32,000 bases of DNA from assembly GCF_018336915.1 (NCBI RefSeq), contig NZ_CP064923.1, positions 2,400,001-2,432,000 of the forward strand, written 5' to 3'. The notes under the pieces were generated by a model. It saw nothing but the letters and a program-made list of their open reading frames with translations, did no database searches and was not told the origin of the DNA. This DNA is from Acaryochloris marina S15 (lineage in GTDB: Bacteria; Cyanobacteriota; Cyanobacteriia; Thermosynechococcales; Thermosynechococcaceae). Both the position numbers and the translations under genes were made by a program. Below are positions 10,734 through 19,386 of the stretch, piece after piece (the stretch's first letter is position 1; each line of letters opens with the position of its first letter).

Positions 10734-11330
10734 ATGAAACTAGCTGAAGATTCTCATTATCTCTGTACGGAACTGTATGAACTGATCCAAAATGATCCCT
10801 CCGTCTTTAGTTTCTTGCAGGAAGCGACCCTAGATGGAGTGTGGTATTGGGATTTGGTTAACCCAGAACATGAGTGGATGAGTCCCGAGTTTTGGCTTTT
10901 CCTAGGGTATTCTCCGGTCAAAAAACAGCACCTAGCATCAGAGTGGAAAGACTTAATCCACCCTGATGATTTAGCCGTGGCCTGTAAAAATCTAGAAAAG
11001 CATCTTGCCAATCCCGCACACCCGTACGATCAAATCGTTCGGTATACGAAAAAAAATGGAAAGATGGTGTGGGTCCGTTGTCGAGGAATCGCTATTCGAG
11101 ATCAGTTTGACCAGCCGATTCGGATGTTAGGAGCCCATGTAGATGTTACTAAACTTGTAGAAGTAACTGAACTGCTAGAAATTCAACTCCAAAGACTAGA
11201 TGCCTGCAAAATGCGACTTTCTTTAGAACAGCAAAAAGTCAGCCAGTTAGCCTATGAGAATGTAAAGTTGGAAGGGCAATTGCAACAAAAGGAAAAAGAA
11301 ATTCAGGCCTTGAAGCAACGGGTACTCTAG
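10734..11330 (+). CDS. Small PAS-domain protein with C-terminal coiled coil
   Basis: The ORF track begins at 10602 and overlaps the upstream gene. The ATG at 10734, 14 nt after the upstream stop, gives MKLAEDSHY.. (198 aa). PAS/PAC features are DGVWYWDL, WMSPEFWLFLGY, LIHPDDL and VWVRCRGIAIRD. A heptad-rich tail ends in LEGQLQQKEKEIQALKQRV. Confidence 0.8.
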   Translation: MKLAEDSHYLCTELYELIQNDPSVFSFLQEATLDGVWYWDLVNPEHEWMSPEFWLFLGYSPVKKQHLASEWKDLIHPDDLAVACKNLEKHLANPAHPYDQIVRYTKKNGKMVWVRCRGIAIRDQFDQPIRMLGAHVDVTKLVEVTELLEIQLQRLDACKMRLSLEQQKVSQLAYENVKLEGQLQQKEKEIQALKQRVL

Positions 11331-11493
11331 TTTCGTCGTACTCAATGAATGATTGAACTGATCTTGTGGGACTACTCATTTCGGATTTTATTTCATGGGT
11401 AAATTTGCTACCCTAAAAAATTTGGCTTACATCATGATCCATTTTCGGCATTTTTGCCCAGGTTAGTTTCAAATTCAGATCCAATTATTCTAG

Positions 11494-11522
11494 AGATCTC
11501 TTACGCAGAGATCTATTTTTTC
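11494..11522 (+). terminator. Candidate intrinsic terminator
   Basis: The stem agatctct (11494-11501) pairs with agagatct (11507-11514) across the loop tacgc, followed by attttttc. It lies about 165 nt after the PAS/coiled-coil gene. The stem is short and AT-rich, so support is only moderate. Confidence 0.4.
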
Positions 11523-11656
11523 ATGTTTGTAAAATAGAATTATGAGGGGAATTCTCAAGGCGATGCGATGCAATTTACTGCTTTTTCTTTTTTAATTATT
11601 CATATTAGTTTAAATGGCCAATATTTTAGGTCATTTAGATAAAAAAACGAAATGAG

Positions 11657-12495
11657 TTGAATGCAAAGGTTTCCTCCGAGTCTGTGCCTTCGCAGAGTAC
11701 AATGGCAGTCGTCTTGAATCGTTCAGGCTATCGACTACGGACCATCCTCCCAGCCAAGCCAAAAAACTCCCAGAAACAGATGTCATTTTTACCAACCTCA
11801 CACTCAAAGACCAGAAAGAGCATGACGGTACAGTTAAGTGATTGAGCATGAATTGCAAAGCCACGATTAAGCTCAGCAACTCATCACGGCTGGGAAAAAC
11901 CCGAACACAGACGAAGGCCTCTGAATATGACATAAATGAAGGAGAAAAATATCTCTCTTGTGGCGTCTTAGATGAGGAAATTGGAGGGTTACACATCAAA
12001 TTTGGTAACTCCTACAAAAAAGACGACTTTATGGTCGATAACTTACAAGACTGGTGGAATATAATCACGCCAACAGAGCAGCAAAACATCAAGCTGATCT
12101 TGATCAAGGTGAATAACGGTTCTGAGAATAGTGGGATATACACTCAGTTCCTCAATCGACTGGTGACATTGAGTGACCGCGTTGGCATCTCCATTCAACT
12201 ACTTTGCTATCCGCTTGATCACAGCAAGTACAACCCTATTGAGCGATGTTGGGGCATTCTGGAACAGCATTGGCATGACATCTTGTTGACCGATGTCGAA
12301 ACCCTGTTGGGTTGGGCTAGTCGCATGACTTGCGTTGTGACCTTGACAGAGGAGACCTATAAAAGAGGAGTTTCACTCACTCAAAAAGCAATGAGCGGGA
12401 TTGAGAAACGATTGGAGAGAATCTGCAATTACCTAAAGAGGATATTTTCATTCACCCAATTTAGTAAGGGACTGCTTTTCAGGAAATCACCTTAG
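11657..12495 (+). pseudogene. Decayed DDE transposase, 5'-truncated with a frameshift and an in-frame stop; resembles the cyanobacterial ISAzo13-like (PF07592) group from memory
   Basis: Two ORF pieces (11657-11845 and 11842-12495) read as one protein once two lesions are allowed. The first is a missing A in the run at 11761-11766: ..GYRLRTILPAKPK | KLPETDVIFTNL... The second is TGA at 11839-11841, read through as ..DGTVK*LSMNCKATI... The C-terminal motif HSKYNPIERCWGILEQHW is transposase-like. The piece is far shorter than a full transposase, and I saw no terminal inverted repeats. Confidence 0.6.
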
Positions 12496-12547
12496 TTCTG
12501 TTCAGTCTTGTCCACAACTCAGTTTTTTCAGAAGGAAACAGCCAGGC

Positions 12548-14215
12548 ATGGCGATTACCAATCGAATCAATTTTCGTAATTTCAGAGGCGATTTCCTCGG
12601 CGGCTTAACCGCTGCGGTGGTCGCTCTACCCATGGCTCTTGCCTTTGGCATCGCCTCGGGAGCCGGAGCCTCAGCGGGACTATGGGGTGCAATTTTAGTC
12701 GGCTTTTTTGCGGCACTGTTTGGCGGTACTCCCAGCCTCATCTCTGAACCCACTGGGCCCATGACGGTGATTATTACTGCTGTGATTCTTGAGACTACGG
12801 CCAGTGACCCCGAGAATGGATTGGCCATGGCGTTTACGGTGGTCATGCTGGCGGGTCTGTTTCAGATTGCCTTTGGCATGCTGAAGTTAGGGCGCTACAT
12901 TACAATGCTGCCCTACAACGTGATTTCAGGCTTTATGACCGGCATCGGCGTCATTCTGATCTTTATGCAGATGGCGCCGTTTTTAGGTCAAGAAACCCCC
13001 TCTGGTGGGGTGATTGGAGTGATTAAAGATCTGCCCAACCTGGTCGTTAATGCCAGTCTGTGGGAAACCGCTCTCGGCTTGCTCACCATTGCCATTCTAT
13101 TTCTGTATCCCAAATCCCTCAAGAAAGTCATGCCGCCCCAGCTCGTTGCTCTGGTGGTGGGCACGGTGGTGTCGCTGACGCTGTTGCGCAATATCGATAT
13201 TCGCACCATTGCGACCATCGGCAAGATTACCCCTGGGTTGCCTCAGCTGCAGATGCCCACCTTTAACTCCGAAAACCTACGGCTAATATTTGTCAACGCC
13301 ATGGTGCTGGCGATGGTGGGTTCCATTGACTGCCTACTGACCTGCCTGGTATCGGATAGTTTGACCCGCACCGAGCACAAGTCCAATAAAGAACTGATTG
13401 CTCAGGGGGTCGCAAACCTGATTACTGGCCTATTTGGCGGTATTGCTGGCTCTGGAGCAACCACGGCCACGGTGGTGAACATTCAGGCCGGAGGGCGCAC
13501 GGCACTGTCGGGTATTAGCCGAGCGCTGATCTTGCTGGTGGTAGTCCTTTGGGCTGCACCCCTGACCTCGGGCATTCCCCTAGCCGTGTTGGCGGGGATT
13601 GTGCTGAAAGTAGGGGTCGATATTATTGACTGGGGCTTTTTGCAGCGGGTTCACAAAATCTCCTGGAAGGCCGCAGGCATTGTCTATAGTGTGGTGCTGC
13701 TGACAGTGTTTGTGGATCTAATGGTAGCGGTAGTGGTAGGTGTATTTATCGCCAATATTCTGACCATTGCCCGCTTGGATGAGTTGCAATCGCAGTCAGT
13801 GAAAGCGATTACTACCGGCGACGATCAGATTGTGCTGAATCAAGAAGAAAAAGAAGTATTGGATGCGGCTAATGGCCGGGTACTCCTGTTTCACCTCAAC
13901 GGGCCGATGATTTTTGGAGTAGCCAAGGCCATCTCGCGTGAGCATAATGCGATCGCAAACTACGATGTGTTGATTGTGGATCTCAGTGAGGTGCCCGTGC
14001 TAGGGGTAACCTCGGCATTAGCCATTGAAAATGCGATCGAAGAAGCTACTGAGGCGACTCGTGAAGTGGTACTGATTGGCGCGAACAAAAAGGTCAAGAG
14101 CCGGCTGGAAAAGCTGGGCATAGGAAAAATTATTCCGGCAGATCACTGGATGGACGATCGATTACTAGCGCTGAAAACAGGTCTGGCGATCGCCCAGCAG
14201 AAGCTTATGCCTTGA
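12548..14215 (+). CDS. bicA: SulP-family anion transporter with C-terminal STAS domain, BicA-like bicarbonate transporter
   Basis: 555 aa. The N-terminus NFRNFRGDFLGGLTAAVVALPMALAFGIASGAGASAGLWGAILVGFFAALFGGTPSLISEPTGPMTV closely matches my recollection of cyanobacterial BicA. The body is polytopic and hydrophobic. The STAS-like tail has VLLFHLNGPMIFG and VLIVDLSEVPVLGVTS. Confidence 0.8.
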   Translation: MAITNRINFRNFRGDFLGGLTAAVVALPMALAFGIASGAGASAGLWGAILVGFFAALFGGTPSLISEPTGPMTVIITAVILETTASDPENGLAMAFTVVMLAGLFQIAFGMLKLGRYITMLPYNVISGFMTGIGVILIFMQMAPFLGQETPSGGVIGVIKDLPNLVVNASLWETALGLLTIAILFLYPKSLKKVMPPQLVALVVGTVVSLTLLRNIDIRTIATIGKITPGLPQLQMPTFNSENLRLIFVNAMVLAMVGSIDCLLTCLVSDSLTRTEHKSNKELIAQGVANLITGLFGGIAGSGATTATVVNIQAGGRTALSGISRALILLVVVLWAAPLTSGIPLAVLAGIVLKVGVDIIDWGFLQRVHKISWKAAGIVYSVVLLTVFVDLMVAVVVGVFIANILTIARLDELQSQSVKAITTGDDQIVLNQEEKEVLDAANGRVLLFHLNGPMIFGVAKAISREHNAIANYDVLIVDLSEVPVLGVTSALAIENAIEEATEATREVVLIGANKKVKSRLEKLGIGKIIPADHWMDDRLLALKTGLAIAQQKLMP

Positions 14216-14256
14216 GAACGCAAACCTAATTCCAATTTTTCAGTTTTTATTCAAAA

Positions 14257-15960
14257 TCAAGACGAACAGGTATAGTGCGACACTCCACCAGTGTTAAAAA
14301 ACGCCTTAGGTCTTAAACGATAGTATTTATCTTCTATTTCCTGTGATTGCTCATCATATGGATAGCTAAGTACATCTTGCAACTCTTTAACTAATGTGTA
14401 GTCACCCTGCATGGCTTGTTGGTAGGCGGGGACAATCAACCACTCTCGCCATGTGTATTTTGGGTTAGTCTGTTTCATCTTTGTTGATATCTCAGCCAAA
14501 TTGTTGTCGTTAATGACGAGGTTGCGCCAGCTTTTTAGCCAAGATTGCCATTGCTCGTCGAGTTGTTGTGAAGTTTTAACGTAGAAGCTCTTTTTCAATG
14601 CTGAGACATCGTCTGGTATATGAGATAACTCGCGGAAGAAAATGGTGTAATCTACCTCTGAGTCGGTCATTAACTGCATTAATTTCTTAAATAGCTCTGG
14701 GTTAAATTCAGTTAATCCAAGTTTGGTCGCCCACATTTCTTGAATTTGTTTTTGCATTGCTTCTGCAAAGCCACGGCGTACTTGGTCGAACTGTTCTAAA
14801 GTTTCAGCATCTTCTGCAAGTAGCGGTCTCACAGCTTTCCAAAACATGTGATAATTCGCTTCTGCTGCGATTGGCTGATTAAAGAATGAAAATTGCTCGC
14901 CGCCGCCAGCCCAAGGTTGAAACCAAGGGTCAAAAACTTCACAAAACCCAAATGGTCCATAGTCGAGGGTAAAGCCACCCGCGGCGCAGTTGTCACTGTT
15001 GAAATTACCCTGGCAATAACCAATACGTTGCCAATTGGCCACCAGGGTCGTGAGACGCTGGCGAAATAGCTTAGCCAACTCAACCAATTGATCTGCAAAA
15101 CCAAGGCTTTGATTAATGTCGCTTTTGTATTCTCGCTCAATTAAATGGGACACTATCATGCTTAACTCTTCTAATGCTCTTGGATGAGCATTGTTGCGAG
15201 CGCGGCGGGCAAATAACTCTAGCTGACCAACGCGCAAAAAGGATGGTGCAACGCGAGTTGAAATGGCCACAGGATCGTCCACCAAAATATCAGGGTCAGT
15301 GGAGTGGGAGTCTTGAGAATACCAAGGTCGGGTAACGGTCTCAGATTTAGAAACATACAGTGTCAAAGAGCGCGATGTTGGCACACCTAAAGCCTGCATA
15401 TATTCTTGCGCTAGAAACTCACGCACACTTGAACGTAGCACTGCGCGCCCGTCGCCACCACGGCAATAAGGCGTTGGGCCACCCCCTTTCAATTGCATTT
15501 CCCAGCGCTGGCCATTGATGATTCCTTCAAACACAGATATCGCCCGACCATCGCCATAGCCATTCCCCGTACCGAATGGACATTGTTGGATATATTCGGT
15601 GCCATAAATCGACAGTGCATAACCAGTTGCCCAGCCAACCTGACGCATTGGCTCATGCGACGCAGAGATATCACCCGAAAATACATGGCGAAATTTTTCA
15701 TTCAGCGCCAGTTCATCGCTCAACCCAAGTTCCTTAAAAAAAGTGCTGCTATGGGCTACATATTCTGGTTCTGCAAGGGGCGTGGGTGTCACAGGTACGA
15801 AATGACCAGAAAAAACCTGGCGGGCACGGTGATCATCACCATCTCCTGTAGCATCAGGATCGGCATTTAAGCTGTTCATCAGAGAATAATCTGCTAATCG
15901 CACAAACTCATCGAAGGTTGTTACGCAGGGCTCAGCAGATGGTTTAGATGGATATGACAT
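14257..15960 (-). CDS. selO: SelO/YdiU-family protein adenylyltransferase (pseudokinase fold), divergent long form
   Basis: SelO signatures are [53 protein letters not shown] and [27 protein letters not shown]. The ORF is open up to 16071 (604 aa), and the ATG at 15960 (MSYPSKPS..) is an alternative start. The terminal codons are Cys-Ser-Ser-TGA. Confidence 0.85.
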   Translation of the reverse strand: MSYPSKPSAEPCVTTFDEFVRLADYSLMNSLNADPDATGDGDDHRARQVFSGHFVPVTPTPLAEPEYVAHSSTFFKELGLSDELALNEKFRHVFSGDISASHEPMRQVGWATGYALSIYGTEYIQQCPFGTGNGYGDGRAISVFEGIINGQRWEMQLKGGGPTPYCRGGDGRAVLRSSVREFLAQEYMQALGVPTSRSLTLYVSKSETVTRPWYSQDSHSTDPDILVDDPVAISTRVAPSFLRVGQLELFARRARNNAHPRALEELSMIVSHLIEREYKSDINQSLGFADQLVELAKLFRQRLTTLVANWQRIGYCQGNFNSDNCAAGGFTLDYGPFGFCEVFDPWFQPWAGGGEQFSFFNQPIAAEANYHMFWKAVRPLLAEDAETLEQFDQVRRGFAEAMQKQIQEMWATKLGLTEFNPELFKKLMQLMTDSEVDYTIFFRELSHIPDDVSALKKSFYVKTSQQLDEQWQSWLKSWRNLVINDNNLAEISTKMKQTNPKYTWREWLIVPAYQQAMQGDYTLVKELQDVLSYPYDEQSQEIEDKYYRLRPKAFFNTGGVSHYTCSS

Positions 15961-16151
15961 TGTTGCTAGTGCCGGTATTGTCGGGGAAGGTTCATGTTTA
16001 ATTTTAGACCTTGTAGGGGTATGGCAACGATTAACTAAATGAAGGGCCATTGAACTGAAAGTCAATGGCAATATATGTTCTGGCTTGCAGCTCTACCAAG
16101 CCCTGAATGTTGCGCGGACAAAATAATGTAAAAAAGAGGTCTTACTCGGGG

Positions 16152-16441
16152 GGTAGTTAGGTGAGATTATCTCAGCCCCCTATTCTTGAGAAGCTATATA
16201 AACCGGTGCTCTGAGGATCTGAGCTTCGGTCCAAATGTGTTCAGTAGACTTTACGTACTGTTAAATTCTCAAGGCCCGCTTGACCATAGCTTTCACAGTT
16301 AGAGTTCACGCAAGCTAGCTCTGAAAGTAATGGCCTTTTTTTCTCTTCCATGGGAGTATCTTGGCTCAATAACTCCCTTCCGCAATACCTTTTTCGAGCC
16401 TCCCTTAGCTAGAGGGGCTGAGATAATCTCACCTAACTACC
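16152..16441. mobile_element. MITE-like element: 28-bp perfect terminal inverted repeats around 234 bp
   Basis: ggtagttaggtgagattatctcagcccc (16152-16179) is the exact reverse complement of ggggctgagataatctcacctaactacc (16414-16441). The interior has no convincing CDS, and I could not identify a target-site duplication. Confidence 0.6.
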
Positions 16442-17227
16442 AGAAGCACTGTATCGCTATTTCTAATACGTTGGGCTTAACCCATGTTGGCACTTATAAA
16501 GGTGATATCCAACCCACTGCTATTACGGATGCAGGCCGTTGTACAGCAGAGGATTGGGAAGAACAGTGATGGGTGAGTGGGGAGATAGGGTTTAAATAAA
16601 GAGTTATTGAGAGAAATATATTGGATTTAGTGAAATTACTTGAAAAAATAACCTTTAAGTTGCACTCTTGGATCTTAATCTAATTTAAGAAAATATTTTC
16701 TGTGATAATAAATATTTCGGCTTTTAATGAATCTAAATCCTGTGCCATTTAGATATGATCTGTTCTCTGTTTTATTCACCTATTCGACAAAAATCAAGCT
16801 TTAACAGCTAATCTCTAGGACCATGTGAACACTGTTTTTTATCTGCTTCTTTCAGTGATTTTACATAGAATTTATGTAAGTTCATATTATGATCTACGTA
16901 TAATTACTGAAGGAAGAATATATATTGCTTCGTATACTAAAAATATATATAAATCAAACCTCTAGAATAAAGCACAAAAAAATATTCTTTGGAAAATTGA
17001 TTTTATTTCTGAAATATTATTGGCTTATCTCAAGAATATATTCATGAGAATGAGGGTTATGTGGCTCTCTTTTTCGCTCGATTGACTTATCAATATTTAA
17101 TACCGTATTGGCATTGTATAAGGTGATAGCCATCATCTAGCTTTGGTCATTGATGACTCGCTGTACCCTATCCAATACTGAATAGGTCAAGCGAATAGAT
17201 ATACCTAACTAATATTTTTCTTTCAAT

Positions 17228-18583
17228 TTGAATATGTTGAAGTCTAGAAGAAAGACGACCGATGAGGGGTTTGCTTTACCTATTGCCATCGGCTTTGGGT
17301 TAATCATGGTGCTGGTCGCCCTGACTTTAAGCATTAAATCCAGGGACGATCAAGTCTCAGCTGTTTCTCAAAAGCAAACAACCGCAAGTGCCACTGTTGC
17401 TGAAGGTGGAATATCTCGAACCCTTGGGTTCTTAAATCATAACTATCACATGCTGCTGAGATTGAATTATGACCCAAACAGTCTCTTAGGATCGGATAGT
17501 CCTGATGAATGGTCATCTCTTGCTAAACCCCCTCCCTGTTTCACCGGGGTGAATAATCTTTTGACTGGCAAGATCCCGACTACGGCATCAGCCAACACCT
17601 ATACCGTTGAAGCTTATCGCTACAGTGATCCAGATGGAATATCGAATTCCGGGGATGAAACTGGAACAGTAATTGTCAAGGGACATCCACCGAATTCATC
17701 TGCAGTATCGCGAATTCAGCAGACGATGAATATCTCTCAATCTTCTTCCCTGGCCAGCTTCCCAGGATTGATGGCTCAAGATATTACATTAGGGAATAAT
17801 GACGTCTTGGGGGCAATTTCAGGAAATGTAATTTGCACAGATGCGATTAACTGTGCAGTGCCTGTGAGTGAATGTGTCAATGGTCAACCTACTGATAATG
17901 GTTTACGCGATGCCATTGATGCTCTCAATAATGGTGTAGTCCAGGGGCAAATTTACGTTCGTGAAGTGATATGGCCTCCTGTTCCTGTTATTCCTTCAGG
18001 TGCAATTGCTATATCCATTAGTGGAGCAACTAGCTTTCCTCGCACCGGAGATACAGTTGGTGCTGATGGTGCTTATCACTATGAAGTCAATGACATCACT
18101 CTAAGCGGTAGTGATCAGGTGACGGTTGATACTACCTCAGCACCCATTTATTTTTATGTCACGGGTGATATCGATATGAGCGGTCAAGCCACATTGGCCC
18201 ACACCTGTTCAGGCACCGCCCATAATTGTGGCACCTATGGGAGTGGTTTAGGTAGCCCAGAGCGGTTCCGTATTTATGGCAATGCTGATGATGGGGATAG
18301 CTTCTCTGATCAGGATTTCACATTCAATGGCGGGGCAACCGCCACCAATGTTTTCATTCATGCCCCAGATACTCGTATGGGAATTAATGGCGGCAGTAGC
18401 AATCCGGATATACGGGGTGCCATTTGGGTCAGAGAGTGGGATGGCTCAAGCTCCAACACTGCTGAAATTACGGTGCCCAATGCTATGAAGCAACTGCTAA
18501 CAGATTCTGGCGTTGTGGTTACCTCCGCGTCCCATAAAACGTCTGCAGCAACCAGTTGGAATCGCTTAGAAGCAACTCCGTAA
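17228..18583 (+). CDS. PilX-like type IV pilus minor component, with a large C-terminal domain
   Basis: The ORF opens with TTG at 17228, but the ATG at 17234 is the likely start. The N-terminus KSRRKTTDEGFALPIAIGFGLIMVLVALTLS is a pilin-like hydrophobic helix. It has Ile rather than Glu at +5, as in PilX/GspK-type tip subunits. The C-terminal region of roughly 250 aa is Gly/Ser/Thr-rich, with IYFYVTGDIDMSGQATL and NVFIHAPDTRMGINGGS..IRGAIWV. I associate this pattern with PilX/TadG-like proteins. Confidence 0.7.
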   Translation: MNMLKSRRKTTDEGFALPIAIGFGLIMVLVALTLSIKSRDDQVSAVSQKQTTASATVAEGGISRTLGFLNHNYHMLLRLNYDPNSLLGSDSPDEWSSLAKPPPCFTGVNNLLTGKIPTTASANTYTVEAYRYSDPDGISNSGDETGTVIVKGHPPNSSAVSRIQQTMNISQSSSLASFPGLMAQDITLGNNDVLGAISGNVICTDAINCAVPVSECVNGQPTDNGLRDAIDALNNGVVQGQIYVREVIWPPVPVIPSGAIAISISGATSFPRTGDTVGADGAYHYEVNDITLSGSDQVTVDTTSAPIYFYVTGDIDMSGQATLAHTCSGTAHNCGTYGSGLGSPERFRIYGNADDGDSFSDQDFTFNGGATATNVFIHAPDTRMGINGGSSNPDIRGAIWVREWDGSSSNTAEITVPNAMKQLLTDSGVVVTSASHKTSAATSWNRLEATP

Positions 18584-18594
18584 TAAGCGACCCT

Positions 18595-19386
18595 ATGGGT
18601 CTATTTATAGAATTCTCATCCCTTAGGCTCACAGCTAGGAAGACTTCAGTGATCATAAGAACACACAAAAAATCTCATGAACAAGGATTTACCTTAGTTG
18701 AAGTTGCAGTTGCCATGTTGGTTATGGCAATTTTTATTGGGACTGCAATGCAAGGTTTGGTTCTCTCAACAACATTCAAGGTACGCGCCAAACAGTTGAC
18801 TGCAGCCAATAACTGGATTCAGCAAGACTTAGAAGATGTCAAAGCTGTAGCGAGTGATGTGGGCCAAGTGCCCCTCACTTCAGCATTGCTTTATGCTGAT
18901 GCACTTCCAGGGGATACAACAATTCAGGTTACTCAACTAGGATTTAGGCCAGGCGATTCTATTGTGATTGGTACAGAGACGAACAGTAACGTCATAACCA
19001 ATCTGCAAATTCAAACTGACCCCATCACTGGCACAAATTATTTAGAAGTCACCTTACTCAATCCTTTAGCCTATAACCAAAAAGCGGACTCCACAGCCCT
19101 CGTATTGGCAAGATGCCGATCTCATCTGGCTACCGGAGGTTTCGCCGCCTATCTTGATGAATCGCTACCTGCAGTCAAATCAGAAATGGACAACAGTAGC
19201 ACGCCTAAATCCGGGCAAAAAACTATCTTAGGCCAAGAATTCACCCTGCAAAGGACAACCTCCGTTCGGCCAGCAGAGCCCTATCAAATTTTGGAAGTTA
19301 CTTATAACGTCACTGATGAAAATTTGGAGACAGTAGCCCAAGCCAATTCAGAGGTGGTACCTAATGCGTTCTTTGCCTGTCCATAG
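18595..19386 (+). CDS. Type IV minor pilin, PilV-like (prepilin N-terminal cleavage/methylation motif)
   Basis: The motif EQG|FTLVEVAVAMLVMAIFIGTAMQGL has Glu at +5. The ATG at 18595 is one start option. The GTG at 18649 is preceded by AGGAAG 6 nt upstream and gives a 13-aa basic leader, so it is equally plausible. The TTG at 18556 in the track overlaps the upstream gene. Confidence 0.75.
   Translation: MGLFIEFSSLRLTARKTSVIIRTHKKSHEQGFTLVEVAVAMLVMAIFIGTAMQGLVLSTTFKVRAKQLTAANNWIQQDLEDVKAVASDVGQVPLTSALLYADALPGDTTIQVTQLGFRPGDSIVIGTETNSNVITNLQIQTDPITGTNYLEVTLLNPLAYNQKADSTALVLARCRSHLATGGFAAYLDESLPAVKSEMDNSSTPKSGQKTILGQEFTLQRTTSVRPAEPYQILEVTYNVTDENLETVAQANSEVVPNAFFACP

Noticed and set aside
11755-11845. 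Possible programmed frameshift in the transposase at the A-run (ccaaaaaac)
   Set aside because: Besides the frameshift there is an in-frame TGA at 11839-11841 and the N-terminal half of the protein is missing. Decay is more parsimonious than recoding.
11631-11999. 122-aa minus-strand ORF
   Set aside because: It is antisense to the transposase relic. The + strand reading shows transposase-like sequence across the same bases.
12502-12846. 114-aa minus-strand ORF, Ala/Pro-rich
   Set aside because: It is fully antisense to the highly conserved N-terminus of the BicA-like transporter. This is a typical shadow ORF of a GC-rich coding region.
14216-14256. Search for a SECIS-like or terminator hairpin in the 41-nt gap between the convergent bicA and selO genes
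   Set aside because: No stable stem could be found by eye. Recorded as negative evidence against active Sec recoding.
16330-16569. 79-aa ORF listed in the track
   Set aside because: It runs through the right 28-bp terminal inverted repeat of the MITE-like element. It has no recognisable motifs or RBS and is most likely spurious.
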